64,000 nt of DNA from Gemmatales bacterium. Lineage in GTDB: Bacteria > Planctomycetota > Planctomycetia > Gemmatales > HRBIN36. The translations under genes were made by a program, and so were the position numbers. Positions 1 to 9,164 of the stretch are shown here, in pieces; the first letter of the stretch is position 1; every line of letters starts with the position of its first letter. The notes below the pieces were generated by a model. The model was given only the letters and a program-made list of their open reading frames with translations. It had not been told where the DNA came from and did not search any database. The DNA lies in contig JBEPZY010000006.1 in assembly GCA_041640595.1 (NCBI GenBank), positions 128,001 through 192,000 of the forward strand, read 5' to 3'.

Positions 1-141
1 AATCCTTTCCGCTCAATCAGATCGTTGCAAAAGCCCCCATTTTGACCGGAACGGGGCCGCTTAGCAGTTTAGCACCCCGGTCATCTGGGCGAACACAGGT
101 GAGCAACCCGGAAGAATTCGGCACCGGTTTGCTTTACCCGT

Positions 142-456
142 TTAGAACCGCCGATTCCACTGGGAACCCGGATTTGCTTGGTGTGCAGGGGGATGCCGTT
201 CGGACTCCTCAAGCAAAAGGCGTTCCCGTTCCGCACGAGTAGCCTGTTCCATGGCCCGGCCCCAGAGGAAGTAGTGGAGCACGCCGAGTAACGCTAAACC
301 GCCCACCACGGCGAAAAACCAAAGCGCCCAGCCCTGAGTGCTGACGATGAGGAAAACCACCAGCCCCAGCGCCAGCGAAGCATTCAGCATGACTAACAAC
401 CAGCGATCACGACCGTCAAATGGTGGCGGTGGTACATAAAAGCCGTTACCCTTCAT
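142..456 (-). CDS. Small membrane protein with two predicted TM helices
   Basis: 104-aa ORF, GGGAG RBS, two hydrophobic stretches, 20 bp downstream of the next gene on the same strand. Confidence 0.7.
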   Translation of the reverse strand: MKGNGFYVPPPPFDGRDRWLLVMLNASLALGLVVFLIVSTQGWALWFFAVVGGLALLGVLHYFLWGRAMEQATRAERERLLLEESERHPPAHQANPGSQWNRRF

Positions 457-476
457 AACATTGCTCCCGCTACAGT

Positions 477-2210
477 TCAGGGCGGTGCAAGCTGGGCGAA
501 GTATTTTTTCCAGGCCGACGCAGATCGGCCAAAGTCTTTCCCCGTCAACGTCCTAAGTGCCAGGTAGGCGGTGGCAGCTACTTCGGCATCTTTGTCCTCA
601 AGCAAACGCACCAGATCCGGTCCCAGACTTTGTTCGTCCCGCAACGCCACTGCCCAGGCAGCAGCGCGACGCAGTTCTGGATTGGCATGTTGCAAATAGG
701 TCCTCAGGCTTTCCACGCTCAGCCGTGTCATTCGCTGAACCAGCGCCCGGCGGAACTCGAGTTGCTTAGTCGGTTGATTTGTCCGCGAAATAGCCTCAGC
801 TAGTGCCAGGGTGTACATGCCACCCGCACTGCGCGTTACCTCTTCCAGTGCAGCGCGCTTCTCCGCGTCAGAGCCGGTAATGAGGCTTTCCGTCCACTCA
901 GCCACGGTTACCGGTCGGCGAGGTTTTGCGGGGCTATCTGTAGCGGAACCATCATCCCCGCCCTGACCAGGTTTACTTGGTTTGGTCAGTGCCTTGTCGT
1001 CTCCAACACGCAGCACCGCTTCACCACGGAAATGCGCCGTCAAGTCCGTGGCCAGGTTGCTTCGCTTCAAAAACAGTATTCCAAAAGCCGTGCAGGGAAT
1101 CGGCCCACATAGGTCTTTGTCATCCCAGGAGCCATTCGCAGCCTGAGTGCGCAGAAAATAACCGGCGCCCCACGCATGCCAGTCCCGACCGCTCAGGCTT
1201 TGCCAGTCGTAAACCATAGCAACCCGCTCGATACTCCAGAGCGTGTAAGGAATCGAACCGGCCCCGGGTCGAATCAGGGATTCAAACGGGGTTCCCAGCG
1301 CTCTGGCCAGATAAAAATTTCCACGGATAATCGCTGGGTCCTTGGTCGGGTCGGGAGGATCTCGCAGTTTTACCGAAGTGCCCGTTCCTTTGCCAGTGGT
1401 GGATAAAAGCGTCTCGCGCAATGCACCGTATCCGGTGGAAAGCCCCATCAGACCCGCAGCAGTCATGGAATACCTGGAAGCGTCGTTGGCCACATACATG
1501 TAGGGCCAGCCTCCATCCGGGTTCTGCATCCGACGCATGGTCTCCGCCGTTTTCCACAAAGCAGGGTCGGTAGGGACGCCGTAACGGCGTCCAATCCATA
1601 AGGCCATAATGGCGAACTGGGTGTTGGAGAGATCCCCCTCCTGGCCGTAACTCAGAGTGTAGTTGCTCGCGTTGTACATCTGCCCTGCTGCACGCAACTG
1701 TCGCAACTCCTCTATCAGCTGCGGAACTTCTTGGGCCGAAACACCGGGACATCGGTAAGTCCACAGTCCGTTTGCCAGTTGGGCCTTGACTAACCGACAG
1801 ACCAGCTGACGGATGAGGTCCTGGTCGTCCGGATCGCCAAAGCGATTCAGAGCCCACACTGTAGCCGACACATCATAAGTGCGACCGTGCAAAGACTGGT
1901 CCTGAATAGAGCGGCGGAGAAACTCAATGGCCCGTTCCACGGCTGGGTCTCGAACTGGCACGCCGGCTTCCATGAGCGCCAGCGCTGCCAGAGCTGTACA
2001 TCCTACCGTGTGGCCGCTCTGTCCCTGACCGCCTGGCATTTGATCCCAGGAACCATTCGCCGCTTGCGTTTGCCTCAAGAATTGCACCGCTCGAGCCACC
2101 GCACGGTCTATCTGGGGCTTCAGAGCACTTTCTGTGTCAACCGGCTTTTGCTGTCCCAGGCTCAGCGTCAACCACCCCAGCACGATAGCAGCTACCACAG
2201 CACGACGCAT
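477..2210 (-). CDS. Exported prenyltransferase/squalene-cyclase-repeat (QW motif) protein with C-terminal HEAT repeats
   Basis: Signal peptide; QW-type motifs QAANGSW (twice), QLANGLW, QNPDGGW; HEAT-like C-terminus (NPELRRAAAWAV, LLEDKDAEVAATAYLAL). Confidence 0.8.
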   Translation of the reverse strand: MRRAVVAAIVLGWLTLSLGQQKPVDTESALKPQIDRAVARAVQFLRQTQAANGSWDQMPGGQGQSGHTVGCTALAALALMEAGVPVRDPAVERAIEFLRRSIQDQSLHGRTYDVSATVWALNRFGDPDDQDLIRQLVCRLVKAQLANGLWTYRCPGVSAQEVPQLIEELRQLRAAGQMYNASNYTLSYGQEGDLSNTQFAIMALWIGRRYGVPTDPALWKTAETMRRMQNPDGGWPYMYVANDASRYSMTAAGLMGLSTGYGALRETLLSTTGKGTGTSVKLRDPPDPTKDPAIIRGNFYLARALGTPFESLIRPGAGSIPYTLWSIERVAMVYDWQSLSGRDWHAWGAGYFLRTQAANGSWDDKDLCGPIPCTAFGILFLKRSNLATDLTAHFRGEAVLRVGDDKALTKPSKPGQGGDDGSATDSPAKPRRPVTVAEWTESLITGSDAEKRAALEEVTRSAGGMYTLALAEAISRTNQPTKQLEFRRALVQRMTRLSVESLRTYLQHANPELRRAAAWAVALRDEQSLGPDLVRLLEDKDAEVAATAYLALRTLTGKDFGRSASAWKKYFAQLAPP

Positions 2211-2268
2211 GGTCGGGATCCCCTGCCTAAGTAGGTACCAGGTACCAGAACCACCTTGCTCTTGACTT

Positions 2269-2277
2269 ATTCTAGCA
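2269..2277 (-). promoter_or_regulatory. Possible extended -10 promoter (TGcTAGAAT) for the 477-2210 gene
   Basis: Minus strand TGCTAGAAT about 60 bp upstream of the ATG. Confidence 0.35.
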
Positions 2278-2408
2278 AGGCGTCTCGTTATTTGGATTCC
2301 CTTTTTTGCCAGACGGGCGTATCATGTAGGATGCGGACTGGACGACGACTGATATATTTGATTGCGGCTCGAGGTGCTTTTTGCCAGGAATGAACCGGAG
2401 AGGCAAGT

Positions 2409-2648
2409 ATGGCGTACATAGAACGGAAAAATGAACTCAAGCGGCGTCGGCATCGTCGCTGGAAGATACGCAAGCTCCGTGCTAAACTGGCCCAATGCAA
2501 GGACGTGGAACAGGCTCGTGCTATCATCGCCAAAATTAAAAAACTCAGCCCCCTCTATCCCCTCGACTTTTTACAGCAGCAATTACCGGCCAATCTCCGC
2601 GCGGCTTTGTCCAGCCCGTCAGCAATGGCCAGCCCTTCCTCCGGCTGA
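2409..2648 (+). CDS. Small basic protein, DUF6800-like
   Basis: GGAGAGG RBS; ERKNELKRRRHRRWKIRKLRAKLA...IIAKIKKLSP pattern. Confidence 0.7.
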   Translation: MAYIERKNELKRRRHRRWKIRKLRAKLAQCKDVEQARAIIAKIKKLSPLYPLDFLQQQLPANLRAALSSPSAMASPSSG

Positions 2649-2847
2649 GTTGTAATTTACTTGCTAACTTCTGAGGCCAAGCCCTCTTTCGGTCATCGCC
2701 CACTGACCACGCTTCCCGAGCGCCCTACGAGGTTGATGAACACGTTGCATCGGCCCGGCAGATGGGCTTTGCTAATTGCACACCGCCTGGTATCCCGAAC
2801 CCTATCCTGCAGCAATTTCACCGGATGGCTTTACAGGAGCAGAGGAG

Positions 2848-3351
2848 ATGGTATTTGTGCCTATGTCGCCCGAAAGCCTGGAGTGCGCGGAACCTTCCCA
2901 GCGAGTCATCGAACGGATCGGCACTGATGTGCCTGACCGAGGATTCGTCATCTTACGCCTGTCGGCAATGGACGGAAGTCGCGTTATTGAGCTTTACCAG
3001 CCGGAGGTGATCATTGGCCGGCACTCTCGGGCCGATATTCGTATTCCCTGCCGCGACGTCAGCCGCCGTCATTGCCGGCTGGTGTTCGAGTCCGGACAGT
3101 GGTACGTCGAAGACCTGGGCAGTTTGAACGGCACCTACGTCAATGACGAGGCGGTGCAACGGGCGTTGTTACTGCCCAACTCCCTGCTCCGAGTGGCCCG
3201 GCACTCGTTTGTGGTTACCTGGCCCCAGCTGGATACAACGGTGGATTGTCCTAACCCGGAAGCCCACCTTTCTGAACTCCCTGACCGCCGCGCTCGCCAG
3301 GTACTGGAAAGTATTGCCGAACAGCTGCCGGAACAGACCACGCCCGCCTGA
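2848..3351 (+). CDS. FHA domain protein
   Basis: IGR, VSRRHC, DLGSLNGTYVN FHA motifs; start chosen at ATG 2848 with AGGAG upstream (ORF open from 2776). Confidence 0.85.
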   Translation: MVFVPMSPESLECAEPSQRVIERIGTDVPDRGFVILRLSAMDGSRVIELYQPEVIIGRHSRADIRIPCRDVSRRHCRLVFESGQWYVEDLGSLNGTYVNDEAVQRALLLPNSLLRVARHSFVVTWPQLDTTVDCPNPEAHLSELPDRRARQVLESIAEQLPEQTTPA

Positions 3352-3517
3352 CCGATTTGCTGGGCCATTCCATTACGGGCAACCTGACGGGTTCCCCCCA
3401 TGCCTGCTCCATGAAATTGAGCCTGAAGCGAGCGAATCTGCGGCGTTATCGCGCAGTGTGGTCAGGGAACATCTCTTTCTTCGCGGCGACGAACCATGGT
3501 ATGAATGAGCTTTCGGT

Positions 3518-4819
3518 TCACCGCACGGCGTAGAAAACGAGACCACTCAGCAATTTTGGATAGAAATACGTACTCTTCGGCGGCATGCGTTCTCCGTGCC
3601 CGGCCAGGCGAACTACCTCTGCCATGCTCACCGGCGGCACCAGTGCTACCAGATCGCACTCGCCGCGGTGAAGCGAGTTGACGGCCAGTTCGGCCTGATG
3701 AACGTACTCAAAGCGAAGCTGGTTCTGGCTATATGGTCGCAGCAACGCCCCCAGCACCAATTCGTGCAGGATACTCACCGCCAAACTCCGCCAGGCTGGA
3801 CTACGCTGCGGTAACAGTTCTGCCAACCGCTCACCGCGCCGTAGCCGCGCCAGCTGCCAGACTCCGTCGGAGGTACCCAATCCTAAAAGACTCTGATCCG
3901 TGTCGCTCTCGATGAGTTCGCCGAGTTCATAGCCAGCGGATTCTCCCTGGCCGAAATGTTCCAGGTCAAACTCATCGCGCAAAGCCCGGGTCAGAGTGTC
4001 GGCGTCCAATCGTTGCAATCCGGACACCAGCCGATGCGTGGGCAGAATCAGCAAACCAGGATCGCTCATGCCCACCAATGCCATGAGCACATAATTGGCC
4101 GGCGCTGTATCACCGGTAAGCAAGCCCGCAGCTCGCAGCTCCTCGCGATAACGCAAGGCCGTCTCGTAACGGTGATGCCCGTCGGCTATGTACACGGGTA
4201 GCGGATAAAGCAATCTCTGCACCTGTGTGATACGCTGCGGATCCATGATGCGCCAGAGTCGGTGCACTGTTCCTGCTTCGTCGCTGGCTTCCAGTGGTGG
4301 TAAGCGCTGCACCGCACTGTCGAGCAACTCCTGCGCCTGACCGCTGTCATCGGGATAAAGTCCGAACAAAGGGCACAAATTCATCCCCGTCGCTCGCAGC
4401 AAGCGGAGGCGATCTTCTTTCGGGCCGGGCAGCGTTTCTTCATGGGGAAATATTTTCCCCTGGCCGAACGGTTCCAGCCGCACCGCCGCGAGAAAACTCC
4501 GGCGGATGTAGGTGCGATTTTTCCAGCTGAATTGCTGGTGATAAACGTACAATGCCGGTTCCGAATCTTGCCGGAGGATGCCCTGCCGTTGCCATTCTCG
4601 CAACAAAGTCGCGGCACGAGTGTAGCGATTGTCAGCCTCATTATCGGTTGGTTCGACGCGATTCAGAATCAAGCGCACCACGTTGTATGGATGCCGCTGG
4701 TAAAGTTTTTCCTGCAGCGTTGCATCAATCACGTCATAAGGTGGTGCGGTTACCGCGCTGAGAGTGCCGACGTGTCCCAGGTCGTATCGCCAGGCGCGAA
4801 AAGGTTGTATCTCGGGCAT
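3518..4819 (-). CDS. DUF1015 family protein
   Basis: PF.AWRY, APPYDVI, PHEET, IADGHHRYE, PKSTYFYPK motifs; start at MPEIQPF. Confidence 0.9.
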   Translation of the reverse strand: MPEIQPFRAWRYDLGHVGTLSAVTAPPYDVIDATLQEKLYQRHPYNVVRLILNRVEPTDNEADNRYTRAATLLREWQRQGILRQDSEPALYVYHQQFSWKNRTYIRRSFLAAVRLEPFGQGKIFPHEETLPGPKEDRLRLLRATGMNLCPLFGLYPDDSGQAQELLDSAVQRLPPLEASDEAGTVHRLWRIMDPQRITQVQRLLYPLPVYIADGHHRYETALRYREELRAAGLLTGDTAPANYVLMALVGMSDPGLLILPTHRLVSGLQRLDADTLTRALRDEFDLEHFGQGESAGYELGELIESDTDQSLLGLGTSDGVWQLARLRRGERLAELLPQRSPAWRSLAVSILHELVLGALLRPYSQNQLRFEYVHQAELAVNSLHRGECDLVALVPPVSMAEVVRLAGHGERMPPKSTYFYPKLLSGLVFYAVR

Positions 4820-4846
4820 GCAGTTCAGCTCCAGCAATAGGCGTGG

Positions 4847-6436
4847 TCAGGGGCGATTCATTCCCACAAAGCTACCCTCATTCTCGCGTACCAGCGACCA
4901 GAGGAAGTTGCCGAGGTTGGGACTATCATAATAGAAGCCCACGGCGTGGATGCGCACTCGCCGCACTGCCCCGTCTGCCTGAGCTGCTGGAGCTTGTGGC
5001 GTATTCCACTTGCGGATGGCCACTAACAGCCGCGGTGCCAGCAATCGCTCCCGCTCGACGTTGCTCAGAGCCAGTTCTTGCGGCGTCAGATCAGGAGCTT
5101 CGGTTGGCAGTCCGTCGGAAAACAAAATAATCGTGTCCAGACCCAGCGGGCGATGCCGAAAGGCTTCCGCAAAAGCCGCATGCAGATTCGTCCCGCCAGC
5201 GGGCTGAATGGTCTGAAGCGCTTGCAATACCTGTTGCGGTGATTTATCCCGGTCAAAAGGCAGCCATGCCCCTGCTTTGCCCAGCGGATAATGCACCTGG
5301 CTGGAAAAGGTGATGACCTGAAAGCTCTCCAGGTGTGGCATGCTGGCAAGCACATGGCGCACCGTCTCGCAAACCATTGGCCACTTGGTTGGGTCATCCG
5401 TCTGCGGATCGCGTTTGCCCATGCTGCCGGAAGTATCCACCAGGAAAATGGCCCGGCGACCGCTCAAATCGACGCCGGCGAATCGAGCTTCGGCCTGGCG
5501 AAGTTGGGCGCGGAGTGTTTCGGCTTCCTTTCGACCCGCTGCTACCTGATGATGCGCCAGCACCAGTAAATCTGACAAGCGCTGATTCTCTTGCCGTTGC
5601 AGTTTCAAGCGCTGCTGCAAGTCATCGTTTTCCTTACGGAGCTGATGGCCGGTCTCGGTGAGCGTGGCGAACTGCTTCTCACGCATTGCCAGCTCCGACC
5701 GCAGCCGGGCAAGCTCCGCCTGGAGTTGCTGGACTTTTTGTTCCGCCTGGTCGCGGCTAGTGCTTAGTTGAGTGGCCTGGCTTTGCAAATCCCGGCGTTC
5801 CTTTTCGAGCGTGGCCAGGTGCTCGTTCAGCGTTCGCACTTGTTTGTCCAGATCATTGGCGCGAGTGGCCAGCAGTGCCGATTCTGCATGCAAACTGGCC
5901 AGGGTGTGGCGTAACTTCTCGGCCAGGCGACGTTCTTCGGCCAACTGCTGTTGCATCTGTTGCAACTGGCGATCAGTGCTCTGGAGGCGGTGCTCGGCTT
6001 GCTGGAGCTTGACAGCGAGTTGCTGGGCCTGCTGCTGGCTGCGATGCAGTTGCTCAGCCAAATCCTCGCTCACCATCTCCAGCAACTGCCGCATGGCTCG
6101 TTCCCCGCGAAGCTGCTGTTGCAGTAATTCTTTTTGTTCCAGCGTTTGCTGCCGGGCCTGTTCTGTTTTCGCTAACGTTTCCTGCGTCTGGGCGAGCTGC
6201 TGTTCTTTTTGTTGCAAGTTTTGTTGCGCCAGGTTGAGTTGACCAAGTAACTGCTCCAGCTGGCTCTGCGTTTCATTCAGACGGCTATGGGCAGCCTGCA
6301 GATGGGAAGAAACGCGGCTGGCCTGCCAGTAGCTCAGAAACATCAGGAAAATCACGGCACCCAGGGCGTTACAGATCACGTCCACAAGCGACAGGTTGAA
6401 AAAGGGCGGATAGCGATGGCGATAGCGGTTTCGCAT
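4847..6436 (-). CDS. Membrane-anchored coiled-coil vWA-domain protein with ExbD/MotB-like N-terminal TM segment
   Basis: Basic N-terminus then FNLSLVDVICNALGAVIFLMF; long Q/E/L-rich coiled coil; vWA MIDAS DTSGS, GGTN, FSDG. Confidence 0.85.
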   Translation of the reverse strand: MRNRYRHRYPPFFNLSLVDVICNALGAVIFLMFLSYWQASRVSSHLQAAHSRLNETQSQLEQLLGQLNLAQQNLQQKEQQLAQTQETLAKTEQARQQTLEQKELLQQQLRGERAMRQLLEMVSEDLAEQLHRSQQQAQQLAVKLQQAEHRLQSTDRQLQQMQQQLAEERRLAEKLRHTLASLHAESALLATRANDLDKQVRTLNEHLATLEKERRDLQSQATQLSTSRDQAEQKVQQLQAELARLRSELAMREKQFATLTETGHQLRKENDDLQQRLKLQRQENQRLSDLLVLAHHQVAAGRKEAETLRAQLRQAEARFAGVDLSGRRAIFLVDTSGSMGKRDPQTDDPTKWPMVCETVRHVLASMPHLESFQVITFSSQVHYPLGKAGAWLPFDRDKSPQQVLQALQTIQPAGGTNLHAAFAEAFRHRPLGLDTIILFSDGLPTEAPDLTPQELALSNVERERLLAPRLLVAIRKWNTPQAPAAQADGAVRRVRIHAVGFYYDSPNLGNFLWSLVRENEGSFVGMNRP

Positions 6437-6528
6437 GGCTTACCTCCGCAGAAATTAGCTCATTCCGATCGGTCAGGAGGCAATGCCCCAGTTGGCGATC
6501 AGTGCTGACCGCTGTCAGCAGGGATAGC

Positions 6529-7638
6529 TTAAGGTGAGCCGGCTTTGACCTGCATGTGCGGCAGCCGTGACCAATCGCCGTCAGGCACAGGCAGCTGGTG
6601 CGGGCAAATCTCAGAAAGGGCCGGATTTTCTGCCAGCCAGAGAGCGGCAGTGAGGTAACTTTCCTCAGGCAAGTCCCGTACCACCTGTGAAAATCCCAGT
6701 GCCTCATAGACCTGACGGAAAAACGCGGGTAATTCGCCAGCGCGTGCTGTGAGCCAGACCTCCGGCATTGCTTGCTGGCGTAACGTAGCAAGGAAATTCG
6801 CAACCGCACGCGCCGACTGCTGCGCTAGCGTCAAGCAGCTCCGCTGCACCAGTTCGGGTGTCAGAGTTAACCGGCAATGGAAATCCGGGGTGGTGATGTT
6901 CAGCGTATGCCGGTGCTGGGTCAGTCCAGCCCAGTGGGCCTCAATTTGCTCATACAAGCACTGATCGGCTTCGGGAGTGCGTCGTGGGTCGCGGCGGAAA
7001 TCCCGAATTGCCAGTTCGCTGGCCGCCAGCATCACCCGTTCCAGCCAAACTCGCCTGCCCAGTTCGCGCAACCGCAGACGTTGGCCGACATAGACTTCCC
7101 CGGATTGAATTTGCCCTGACGTAATCACGCAGGCCCAATCGTCCACATCCACCAGACAGAGCACCCCGGCCGGGACGCCTTCTACCAATCCGGCAACCAA
7201 CCAGACCAGGTCCTGCCAGAGCGCGATCGGAGACGGCAGGCCCGCAGCCTGCAATTCCCGCACGAGAAAAGCTGCCTGCTCACTCTGCAAATAAGCGGGA
7301 ACCAGCAGAATAGTACGACCCGCCTGCTGCCCATGCGGTCGCAACATCTCCGCTATTAGCTGCACCAGTTGCCGGGCGGTGAGACGTTTTCCTCCTGAAT
7401 ACCAGACCTGGCGAGGGTACAGTTCCGGCAAAAAGTCGTAGAGTATCTGTCGAGGTTCCTGTCGGTGTCGCTTCCAGGCAGGCCAGCCCAGTTGCCACAG
7501 CCGGCCAGCCCGTGTGATGGCCAGCGGGACGCGAAAACTGTTTTCCTGCAGGCAAACCGGTTGCGCAGCACTCGCGCCCGAGGCGAACCACACCCGTAGC
7601 CACCTTGCCGTCAACTCCACCAGCAACACTTTTGCCAC
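6529..7638 (-). CDS. Degenerate Hsp70/actin-fold nucleotide-binding-domain protein
   Basis: VPAYL..EQ....AAGL, LVDVD, ELG..W...V, DPR...ADQ.LYEQ pattern of the Hsp70 NBD; canonical phosphate-1/2 motifs are altered. Confidence 0.65.
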   Translation of the reverse strand: MAKVLLVELTARWLRVWFASGASAAQPVCLQENSFRVPLAITRAGRLWQLGWPAWKRHRQEPRQILYDFLPELYPRQVWYSGGKRLTARQLVQLIAEMLRPHGQQAGRTILLVPAYLQSEQAAFLVRELQAAGLPSPIALWQDLVWLVAGLVEGVPAGVLCLVDVDDWACVITSGQIQSGEVYVGQRLRLRELGRRVWLERVMLAASELAIRDFRRDPRRTPEADQCLYEQIEAHWAGLTQHRHTLNITTPDFHCRLTLTPELVQRSCLTLAQQSARAVANFLATLRQQAMPEVWLTARAGELPAFFRQVYEALGFSQVVRDLPEESYLTAALWLAENPALSEICPHQLPVPDGDWSRLPHMQVKAGSP

Positions 7639-7656
7639 CGCTCCATCTCCCTGTGC

Positions 7657-8526
7657 TCAGCCCTTGACGACACGCCCTGGCCTGAGAGTCTCCTCGAGCG
7701 CTTCACCATCTGCGGATGGTTCTTCCGTTACCAGCTCCAGCCGATAGAGCCGGGCGATCAACCGGTGCAGAACATATTCCTGGCACTGCAGAACCAGGTC
7801 ATCGTCGCGGCGTTGCACAGCATGCAACAGGAAAAGTAAAACCAAGCTCAGCAGGAGCGCGACGAACGTCGTGTCGAAAGCAATAGCCAGCGAGTAACTG
7901 GTGTGCGTTAGAAAATCCCGCAGACCCTGTTCGACCTGGCTGGGATCGCTGGCCAGGGAAGGTGCGCCGACCAGGGCCATGCTGATCCCGCGCACTGTCC
8001 CGACAAAACCTAAAGCGGGGATCGCCCAGGCCAGGTAATGCACAGTACTCAGAGCCACCGCCCGCCTTTCCGCTTCAATTTCTGCCTGAGCACGCACCAG
8101 TTCCGCGGCTTGCTGTGCCGAGCGACTGACGGCAAATTTTTCCAGGGCCATTCGCAACAATCGCCCTAACAAATAGCGACCCCGTTCGTCGAGCTGTTCC
8201 ACCCTGCGTTGCAGTTGCGGAGCGTCTTCCGGCAGAATTCGCAGCGTCGGATCATCGGGAAGCCAGGACAGATGCAGGGCTCGCAATTGGCTTCCGCTTT
8301 GCCAGTAATGTTGCAATAGAATCAGCCCTGCCCAGACAAAACAAACGTAACAGGCCGACTGTTCCCAACCCAGGAGCATGCGGCCCAGGCGTTGCGGAGT
8401 GAATAACATACTTTCCCCGCCGGCCGAGCCGTATTGCCACAGCGGCAAACAAATCGCACCGACTACCAGGACCGCCACCACCAGAAACGCTGTTTCCGAG
8501 ACCCCGCTCCATCCGCGCTGATTCAT
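7657..8526 (-). CDS. MotA/TolQ/ExbB proton-channel family protein
   Basis: IPALGFVGTVRGI and LAIAFDTTFVAL TM motifs; GGGAGGAG RBS. Confidence 0.9.
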   Translation of the reverse strand: MNQRGWSGVSETAFLVVAVLVVGAICLPLWQYGSAGGESMLFTPQRLGRMLLGWEQSACYVCFVWAGLILLQHYWQSGSQLRALHLSWLPDDPTLRILPEDAPQLQRRVEQLDERGRYLLGRLLRMALEKFAVSRSAQQAAELVRAQAEIEAERRAVALSTVHYLAWAIPALGFVGTVRGISMALVGAPSLASDPSQVEQGLRDFLTHTSYSLAIAFDTTFVALLLSLVLLFLLHAVQRRDDDLVLQCQEYVLHRLIARLYRLELVTEEPSADGEALEETLRPGRVVKG

Positions 8527-9164
8527 CTGTCTCCTCCCGAACTGACCGGAGCTTCTTTGCTCCCGTTGATTTAATCGCTGACCTACTTGATATCTTACTG
8601 CGCCGGACTAACCTGTATATGCCTGCGACGAAAGTTCGTCAGGGCAGCTGCGCAATGAAACCCGAGTAAAATCGCTTTCGCTTGCAAAAACCCACGGTCC
8701 GCCACTATCCTGGCCAGACGCGCAAGCCGATGGTTTCTCGCTCGCAGCTAACAAAATCCTTCGGCCATTTCCATTTGGCCCTGGAGCTGTGCAACTGCGC
8801 TCGAGCGAGGCAGAGTTCACATTGACAACACCATCCTGACCGGCCGATGGAACAGGCCAACCGGCTCCGGGCCAGAATACTTTCATTTGCCTGCAACACA
8901 CCGGTGCCGAACGATAAGCAAGCCCGAGCACGGTGCCCGATGCGTGGAGCGATCAGATAATGCGAGCCAGGACGAACCACAAAAAGCGTATGCACAGCCA
9001 CCGGTGACAATCCATATTCACCGTTGTCTATCTGCCACCATTGACGCCGGCGGTCGAAAGTTCGATATTGTTTAGGAACGATGAAAGTGCAATGATCGGC
9101 GAACCACTCATTTCTCGCCCGACGCCGTACCACGGGCCGAAAAGCTATTAGAAAGGAGCACCGC

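Noticed and set aside
4847..8526. Zorya anti-phage system
   Set aside because: The MotA-like gene lacks the long cytoplasmic tail, there is no OmpA-like ZorB domain, and no ZorC/D/E genes are present; only the motor analogy holds
8527..9164. Possible gene or ncRNA in a 640-bp intergenic gap
   Set aside because: Short ORFs lack RBS and motifs; only promoter-like hexamers seen; no recognisable RNA family
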